Positions 37,034-43,025 of a stretch of 43,025 nucleotides of DNA are shown piece after piece. The position numbers were made by a program, and so were the translations under genes. Source of the stretch: Thalassovita sp. (GTDB lineage Bacteria; Pseudomonadota; Alphaproteobacteria; Rhodobacterales; Rhodobacteraceae); the NCBI GenBank assembly GCA_033723255.1, contig JAWVXM010000001.1, positions 1-43,025 of the forward strand, given 5' to 3'. The stretch's first letter is position 1; every line of letters starts with the position of its first letter. The notes beneath the pieces are model-generated. The model searched no databases and was not told the origin of the DNA. It saw only the letters and a list, made by a program, of their open reading frames with translations.

Positions 37034-40000
37034 ATGTCGGACGAAATGGATGAAATCTGGGAACTCTTTGCCGATGACGGAGCGCAGTCCCTGGACGCGA
37101 TGGAAGCCGCGCTGGACGCGCTTTCCGATGATGGTACCGACGACCAGGTGCCGCATATCTCCGCCCTGTTCCGCGCGGTTCACACCTTCAAGGGCAATTC
37201 CCGGGTTCTGGGGCTTTCGGTCGTGGAAAGCCGGGCACACCTGGCCGAGGACCTGATCGGACTGGTCCGCGACTCCGGTGTTCCACTGTCGCCGGAAATT
37301 CTCGACTTGCTGTTCCTGGCGGGCGACACGTTGCGTACGATGCTGGAAGAGGTGGCCGCGACCCGGTCCGATGTCGATCCGGAACCGTCCGAAGACCTGT
37401 TGCGCCAGTTGCAGGAAATGATCGCCAAGTGTGATCCCGATGCGGCCCCGGCGGAAGACCCCGCCGCCGAAGCAGAAGCCCCGGCTGAGGAAACCGCTGC
37501 CGAAGCCCCCGCATCGGCGCCCGCCGCCGCGATGGGTGGCATGGATATGACCGCGCTGTTCGATGAAATGTCGGATGGCGAGGATAGTTCCTCATCGCAC
37601 GAGGATGATTTCTGGGAGTTCGACGAGGATCTCGAGCCCGATGAACTGGCGGCCAAGAAGGCGGCTGCCGAGGCCGACATGGAAGCGCACGAAGCCGAAG
37701 GCCCTGTCAGGAACGGCAGTTCTGCCGCCGCGAAGCTTGCCGAACAGGAAGGGGGCGCTGAAGCGGTCGCCGTCGAATCCTCGGTCAAGGTGGAAGATGG
37801 GCCGCCGCTTTCATCGTTGGCGGACGATCCAACCTACCGCAAGATCTTCGACGAGATGACCGCGGAGATGATCGAGAAGCTGAATGCGATCATCTTGTCG
37901 GACGACGCTTTCGAAGACCGGTACAAGGCGACGGAGCGGCAGGTCGATGGCCTTCTGCATGCGGCCCGGCAGATGGAGTACGGTAACTGGGTTTCGCTGC
38001 TTGAGGATTTCGCCTTCGATTGTCCGACGCTGGAGAATGAAGATCTGCTGTCCGCCGGTCTGAAGGAATTTCTGGGCAAGGTCGAGGTCCTCAAGAGCGG
38101 CGGAGAAGTGACCGCCGCCGCGGCGCCGGAAACTCCCGTCGACGAACCCGTCCCGGCGGAAGCCGCGAAGGCCGCGCCGGTTGAGCCGGACGCCAACGCG
38201 AAACTGTCCGACGACCCGACCTATCGAAAGATCTTCGCCGAGATGGCAGAGGATCTGGTCGAGAAGCTGAAGGGAATCTTGAGTTCGGCCGACGGGCTGG
38301 AAGAATGCCGCGACAACACCGTCAAGTTTGCAGGTGGGCTTCTGCATGCTGCGAGGCAGATGGAATTCGATAACTGGGTTGGCGTTCTCGAGGCGTTCGA
38401 AGCCAAGGCGGCAGGTTTTGATAGCGACGTGGCGCTGAAGGAAGGGATCGACGGTTTCCTGAGTCAGGTCGAGACGCTGCAAAAGGGTGGTGAAGTCGTG
38501 GTCGAGGCGGAGGAGCCGGCACCGGCTGAACCTGCCGCGGAAATCGCACCCACACCTGTACCCGGCGCCTCTGTCTCGGAACCGGTGGAAGCCCCTGAAC
38601 CGGCCCCGGAACCGGATGCGGCGCCTGATGCCGTAGCGCCGGTGGCAGACGCTGCAGAACTCGACGAGAAAAACCCGAAAGCCCTTTCCGACGATCCGAC
38701 CTACCGCGCGATCTACGCTGATATGACCGCCGATCTGGTGAAGAAGCTGAAGGCGATCCGCAATTCCGCCGATAGCATCGAAGACCGGCGTGGCAACGTG
38801 GTCAAACATGTTGGCGGATTGCTGCACGCGGCGCAGCAGATGGGCTTCGATAACTGGATCACGCTGCTGGAAGCGTTCGAATCCAACGCCGCCAGCCTGT
38901 CGAACGATATGGCGCTGAAGGAAGGCATTGATGGCTTCCTGGCAAATGTCGATGCGCTGCAGATGGGCGGCGCCATCGCGCAACCGAAATCGGGCTGCGA
39001 CGAGGCTGACGATCTGTTCAGGAAGCTGGAGCCCTATTACGCTGCCATCGCCGAGGCCGTGCTGGACCTTGATAGCGATGTGGAAGCCGCCCAGGCCAAA
39101 CTGCATGAACTTGCCGAGGAAGTCGTTTCCAAGGTCGAAGCGTTCGGTCTGGTCCGCGCCGAGGATTCCGTGCGCAAGATCGCCGAGGCGCAAACCGTCA
39201 AGGCTGCCCGCATTGCCCAGTTGCGTTTCTATGAGGAGCTGATCAGCTTCGAACAGGTGATGCCGGTCGAAAGCAGCGTTTTGGGCGATGTGTTGGTACG
39301 ACCGTCGCACCTGGTGCAGCTTTGGGCCACGGACCAGATTTTCGACACGCTCGGGGCCTTGCGCGAAATGATGGAGCGCGTGTCGCTGGAAGAAGAGGGC
39401 GCTGACTGGTTCGCTTCCTTCAACCATCACATGCGGCTGCTCTTCCATGCCTGTGGGTATTACCGGATGGAAACCGCAGGCCAGCTGACCATGGCGCTGG
39501 TCGATCTGTTCGGGCGGGTGCATGAAACCAACTCGGTCGCCGATGCGCTGATGCTGCACATGGCGCGTGGGTTCCTGGAAACCATCGAACTGGTGTTCGA
39601 TGCGCTCGATCAGGGCGACGATCCGGATCTGTCGCGGATTGACGATCTGTTCGAAGAGGCCACGAATATCTCGTTCCAGCAGGGCGGTGTCGTGTCGGCA
39701 CGCACGATCGAACGCAAGCTCGGCCTGCCCGAGGAATTCCACCGGGTTCTGTCACCGGACAGCGTGAAGGCCGCGCATGCGGCGCTGCAGGATCGCGAGC
39801 ATTTCTACGTGGTCCGGGCTGACCTGAACGAAGATGAAACCCTGGCCGAGAAATACCTGGAATGGATCGGCGCGGGCAACGCCAAGATGATCACCAACGT
39901 GACGGTGTTCGAAGACGACCGGACCCTGTTCGATTTTCTGCTGGCTTCGGACCGGGAACAGGATGCGGTGGTCAGCGCTATCACCACGATGGATCCGTCG

Positions 40001-41224
40001 GCAACCAAGCTTTATGTCGCGCAGGTGTTGTCGCCCGATTACAGTTCGGATGAAGATGAGGACGAACAGGGCGAGGATGGCCAGACCGCCGAAAGGGAAG
40101 GTTCGGGGCCCTCGATCAGCCTGCCGCTGATGGAAGCAATCGGTGAGATCTCAGCCGGGCAGGCGATGGTTCACCATATCCTGGAAGAGCTTTCTTCCAC
40201 CGATCTGATGCAGACCATCGATCACATTCTGCGGCGGCATGGATCCGATACCGGGCCTGTTCTCGACGGCGAAACCTATTCGACGCTGCGCGATCTGATC
40301 GAAGGCTACACCCACAAGGTGTCGCGCGCAGCCGAGGCTGAAAACCAGCTGAATGCGCAGATGGGCCGGCTGCAGGAAGAAACCGCCAAGCTGCGGGAAC
40401 GCCCGGCGGGTATCCTGCTGCGCACCCTGGCCGCCTTCGTGGAAGCGCGGTCGCGCCAGCACGGCAAGGAAGCGCGCCTGTCCTATGATGGCGAAGGCGA
40501 GGTTCTGGATCAGACGATGCTGGATTCGCTGGGCAAGCTGCTGAAGAAATTGATCCGCAGCAGGCTTGCGGGCGGAAGCGGCCCGTCGAATTTCCACCTG
40601 TCGCTGTCGCGGAGCGATAACCGGGTTTCGGTCTTGTTGGAAGACGACGGCACCGCCGATCCCGACCAGGAAGTTCTTCAGACTCTGCATCAGGTCGCGG
40701 TACGTGAAGGCGGAGAATTCCGGCCGGTTCCGGTTCCGTCGGGCGGCATGCGGTTCCATCTTTCCCTGCCGGTCCACATGGCCCTGCTGGACGGGATGGT
40801 GGTTCGGGTCGGCGACGTCTGTTATGTCGTGCCGGTCAATTCGATCGAACGCATCCAACTGGGCGCCTCCGACGCTCTGCTGCCGATTGCCGCCTCGAAC
40901 AACGATGCCATGCTACGCACAGATACCGGTGAACTGGCCCCGATCCGGCCACTTACGGATCCTGCGGCGTCCGGCAATGTGGTCGAGAAACTGTGCGCCG
41001 CCAATAATGATGGTGGCAGCACGTCGAACCTGTATATCGTGCTGCGCAGTGAAGACAGCCGTATCGCGGTCCCGGTCGACGAAATGCTGGGTCAGCAGCT
41101 GGTCTTGCTGCGCCCGCTTCAAGGGCCGCTGGTCGGAATTCGTAACATGATGGGCCTTGCTCTGCTGTCGGGCGGCGAAGTCGGCATGGTTGTTGCTGTA
41201 GATCGTTTGGCCGAGGTGGCTTGA
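37034..41224 (+). CDS. cheA: CheA3-type protein: Hpt, repeated pseudo-Hpt bundles, degenerate kinase, CheW domain
   Basis: LFRAVHTFKG (His50), no intact N/G boxes, C-terminal P5 domain; follows cheY6. Confidence 0.88.
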   Translation: MSDEMDEIWELFADDGAQSLDAMEAALDALSDDGTDDQVPHISALFRAVHTFKGNSRVLGLSVVESRAHLAEDLIGLVRDSGVPLSPEILDLLFLAGDTLRTMLEEVAATRSDVDPEPSEDLLRQLQEMIAKCDPDAAPAEDPAAEAEAPAEETAAEAPASAPAAAMGGMDMTALFDEMSDGEDSSSSHEDDFWEFDEDLEPDELAAKKAAAEADMEAHEAEGPVRNGSSAAAKLAEQEGGAEAVAVESSVKVEDGPPLSSLADDPTYRKIFDEMTAEMIEKLNAIILSDDAFEDRYKATERQVDGLLHAARQMEYGNWVSLLEDFAFDCPTLENEDLLSAGLKEFLGKVEVLKSGGEVTAAAAPETPVDEPVPAEAAKAAPVEPDANAKLSDDPTYRKIFAEMAEDLVEKLKGILSSADGLEECRDNTVKFAGGLLHAARQMEFDNWVGVLEAFEAKAAGFDSDVALKEGIDGFLSQVETLQKGGEVVVEAEEPAPAEPAAEIAPTPVPGASVSEPVEAPEPAPEPDAAPDAVAPVADAAELDEKNPKALSDDPTYRAIYADMTADLVKKLKAIRNSADSIEDRRGNVVKHVGGLLHAAQQMGFDNWITLLEAFESNAASLSNDMALKEGIDGFLANVDALQMGGAIAQPKSGCDEADDLFRKLEPYYAAIAEAVLDLDSDVEAAQAKLHELAEEVVSKVEAFGLVRAEDSVRKIAEAQTVKAARIAQLRFYEELISFEQVMPVESSVLGDVLVRPSHLVQLWATDQIFDTLGALREMMERVSLEEEGADWFASFNHHMRLLFHACGYYRMETAGQLTMALVDLFGRVHETNSVADALMLHMARGFLETIELVFDALDQGDDPDLSRIDDLFEEATNISFQQGGVVSARTIERKLGLPEEFHRVLSPDSVKAAHAALQDREHFYVVRADLNEDETLAEKYLEWIGAGNAKMITNVTVFEDDRTLFDFLLASDREQDAVVSAITTMDPSATKLYVAQVLSPDYSSDEDEDEQGEDGQTAEREGSGPSISLPLMEAIGEISAGQAMVHHILEELSSTDLMQTIDHILRRHGSDTGPVLDGETYSTLRDLIEGYTHKVSRAAEAENQLNAQMGRLQEETAKLRERPAGILLRTLAAFVEARSRQHGKEARLSYDGEGEVLDQTMLDSLGKLLKKLIRSRLAGGSGPSNFHLSLSRSDNRVSVLLEDDGTADPDQEVLQTLHQVAVREGGEFRPVPVPSGGMRFHLSLPVHMALLDGMVVRVGDVCYVVPVNSIERIQLGASDALLPIAASNNDAMLRTDTGELAPIRPLTDPAASGNVVEKLCAANNDGGSTSNLYIVLRSEDSRIAVPVDEMLGQQLVLLRPLQGPLVGIRNMMGLALLSGGEVGMVVAVDRLAEVA
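37817..38971 (+). repeat. Three intragenic 288-bp (96-aa) repeats: 37817-38104, 38204-38491, 38684-38971
   Basis: Each reads L(A/S)DDPTYRxI...GLLHAAxQM..xNW...LE.F...G.x.FL..V..L..GG, equal in length, separated by Ala/Glu/Pro linkers. Confidence 0.95.
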
Positions 41225-41543
41225 ACGTATCGGAAGGTAACAACAATCGATGAAATTCCTTGAGCAGCATCTTGGCTTTGCTCTGTGGTTTGGACCGGCC
41301 GTTGCGCGGCTGGTCCTTTCTGCTTGCGTGAAGAAGCTTGCTCCCCCGGCGCTGTGGCGCCGCCGCATCCCGGTTCGGGAAGGAACACGAAGGGTCAGCA
41401 TCGGTTCCCGATATGTGTCTGGCAGCGGTGCGCGGGTGGATGTCGGAATGCAGCCACGACGCATGGAACAAGAGGGTGAACTGGCCGCCCCGGCCCATTG
41501 CCCCGCTTGGCTCAAACCTCGGCTTCAAGGTTGAAAAATCCGC

Positions 41544-41570
41544 TAATACAGCGGGGAATTCTGCCGTTTT
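41544..41570 (+). promoter_or_regulatory. Putative sigma28 promoter of fliS
   Basis: TAAT-N15-GCCGTTTT, 42 bp upstream of the fliS ATG. Confidence 0.4.
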
Positions 41571-41612
41571 CAATATTAACAGACGGATACACGTTTCCAA
41601 AGGGACCGCCCG

Positions 41613-42011
41613 ATGACATTTGCTCTCGCTCGTAACAAATACCGCCAAACCGGCAATTCGGGTTTGAATATTCCAGATGATCCCTATCAGATCATCCGTG
41701 TGATCCTGAGTGAACTCGAACAATCACTGAATGTTCTGAAAGCCGCTGAGGAAGCCGGAACCGGTTATCCCCAGGATCACGTCAACAAATCGTTGCGCGC
41801 GATCTACCTGCTGCAGTCGAGCCTGGATTTCGAACAGGGCGGCGACATGGCGATTAGCCTGTTCGAGCTTTACGAATACTGTCGCCAGAACGTGTTACAG
41901 GCCTTCCGCCGCGAGGAAGGGGCCGAGATCGCCGCGTCCGCAGACGCGATTTCCGGGATCCTCGATGCCTGGACCGAAATCGGTCCCGAAGTGGAAAGGC
42001 AAGCCGGATGA
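41613..42011 (+). CDS. fliS: Flagellin chaperone FliS
   Basis: NKYRQ, DPYQII, LQSSLDFEQGGDMA.SL.ELYEY, I.DAW..I. Confidence 0.9.
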   Translation: MTFALARNKYRQTGNSGLNIPDDPYQIIRVILSELEQSLNVLKAAEEAGTGYPQDHVNKSLRAIYLLQSSLDFEQGGDMAISLFELYEYCRQNVLQAFRREEGAEIAASADAISGILDAWTEIGPEVERQAG

Positions 42012-42331
42012 GCGCCGGACCGCTCAGCGAGGATTCTTCTGGGATCTGCCTGGAGGAATTCGAGGTCATTCTCGAAGAATTCGAACGCGCCGCCCGCGCT
42101 GGCGACCTGGAAGAATTCCGTCGGCTGGACCATGTCCTGCGGAGCAAGGCGTTGGCGGTGATCGGTGGAATGCCGGACATGCAACCCGGCGACGACCGTT
42201 ATATCGATGCGCTGCGGGAAGCCGTCGCGCGGCTTGGAGCGGCCGCGGGCGAGATTCAGCAGGAACGCCAGATGTTGAAAGCAAGGCGGGAAACCGACCA
42301 GCGGATCAGGCTGGCCTATTCCCGCAAGTAA
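42008..42331 (+). CDS. Hypothetical helical protein, possibly FliT-like
   Basis: ATGA-coupled to fliS; 107 aa, all-helical pattern, ends AY.RK; assigned by position only. Confidence 0.55.
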   Translation: MSAGPLSEDSSGICLEEFEVILEEFERAARAGDLEEFRRLDHVLRSKALAVIGGMPDMQPGDDRYIDALREAVARLGAAAGEIQQERQMLKARRETDQRIRLAYSRK

Positions 42332-42342
42332 GGAGACGTGAC

Positions 42343-42564
42343 ATGAGTGCGAAACCCACCTGCCAGCGTTGCCAATGGTTCCGGGCGTTTCTGGGCACCG
42401 GTTTCGGTCTCATCGTGCTGATCTGGTTGCAGCCCGACGGCGCAAAGATCATCGCAGGCCTGATGCCTGCCCCTTTCACGCTCGCAGTCGGGGGCATGGT
42501 TTTGGGTTCTATGGCGTTTTTGTTTCGCCTTTGGGTCTGGGCCCGGCTGGCGAAACAGGGCTGA
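42343..42564 (+). CDS. Small membrane protein with N-terminal CxxC (73 aa)
   Basis: AAGGAG RBS; MSAKPTCQRCQWFR followed by two hydrophobic helices. Confidence 0.65.
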   Translation: MSAKPTCQRCQWFRAFLGTGFGLIVLIWLQPDGAKIIAGLMPAPFTLAVGGMVLGSMAFLFRLWVWARLAKQG

Positions 42565-42568
42565 TCTG

Positions 42569-43025
42569 TCAGCCCCGTGCCTGTTTCCGTTCTGTCGCCA
42601 TGGGAGTGATGGGGCTGAGAAGATAATCCATCGACAACATCTCCCGGCGGACCGGGCGATCGTTGGCATCGAGATGGACCACTTCGACGCCAAGACCGTC
42701 AATGGTGTTGTCGGCGTCGGGAAATAGGGATTTCAGGCGTTGATCCAGCATGGCAGTTCCTTCGATTAGATCTGCCGTATTTCCTGCAAGTTCCTTGCCA
42801 ATCGCGATCTTCACCCCGTCAGCTTGCGGTAATCATTTTCACGATCAGCACCTCAAGCACCGGGTCATCCAGTTCATCATTGCTCAGTGACTTGTTCAGA
42901 GCATCCCTTGCAAATCCGGGGAATTCGTCCTGGAACATCTTGATGTCGAGAATATTCGGATCCTCGAGCAACAAGCGCATCGCTTCCGTCATGGCCGGCA
43001 AGAACTGTCCGGGGTCGGCCCGGAT
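42569..43025 (-). pseudogene. 3' part of an unknown gene, apparently frameshifted near 42815-42840
   Basis: The frame open from the window edge stops at 42819. Coding-like sequence continues in another frame (open from about 42832) to 42569 with no RBS. Confidence 0.4.

Noticed and set aside
41250-41534. 94-aa ORF between cheA3 and fliS
   Set aside because: Poor RBS spacing and atypical codon usage; cannot be supported, though the 388-bp gap remains unexplained.
1-43025. CRISPR arrays, tRNA/rRNA, transposases, integrases, prophage or defence genes
   Set aside because: None recognised in the window.

Overview
High-GC alphaproteobacterial window, probably Rhodobacteraceae, with four blocks. 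(1) 1-9015, minus strand, cofactor genes: partial flavoprotein-SelD fusion, short CysG-like protein, nadABC, queCDEF behind a preQ1-I riboswitch, and a MarR regulator. (2) 9185-15277: a complete [NiFe]-hydrogenase maturation set (hypF-hypAB-hypCDE) with no hydrogenase, protease or Ni transporter in the window. It has odd intergenic inserts and substitutions in normally conserved motifs. (3) 16061-29991, minus strand: a sigma54-driven flagellar cluster of the Rhodobacter sphaeroides Fla1 type (fleT-fliEFGHIJ, fliKLMN, fliOPQR-flhB). (4) 30319-42564, plus strand: a split-kinase cytoplasmic chemotaxis operon like R. sphaeroides cheOp3 (cheA4, cheR, cheB, cheW, soluble receptor, cheY6, cheA3), then fliS and small hypothetical genes. 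The best leads are the 1396-aa CheA3-like protein (triplicated 96-aa His-bearing pseudo-Hpt module plus a dead kinase domain), the missing ppfA with a sigma28-like promoter in its place, the Aer2-like heme-PAS receptor, and the orphan, possibly drifting hyp cluster. All family assignments come from motif recognition by eye; no database search was run.
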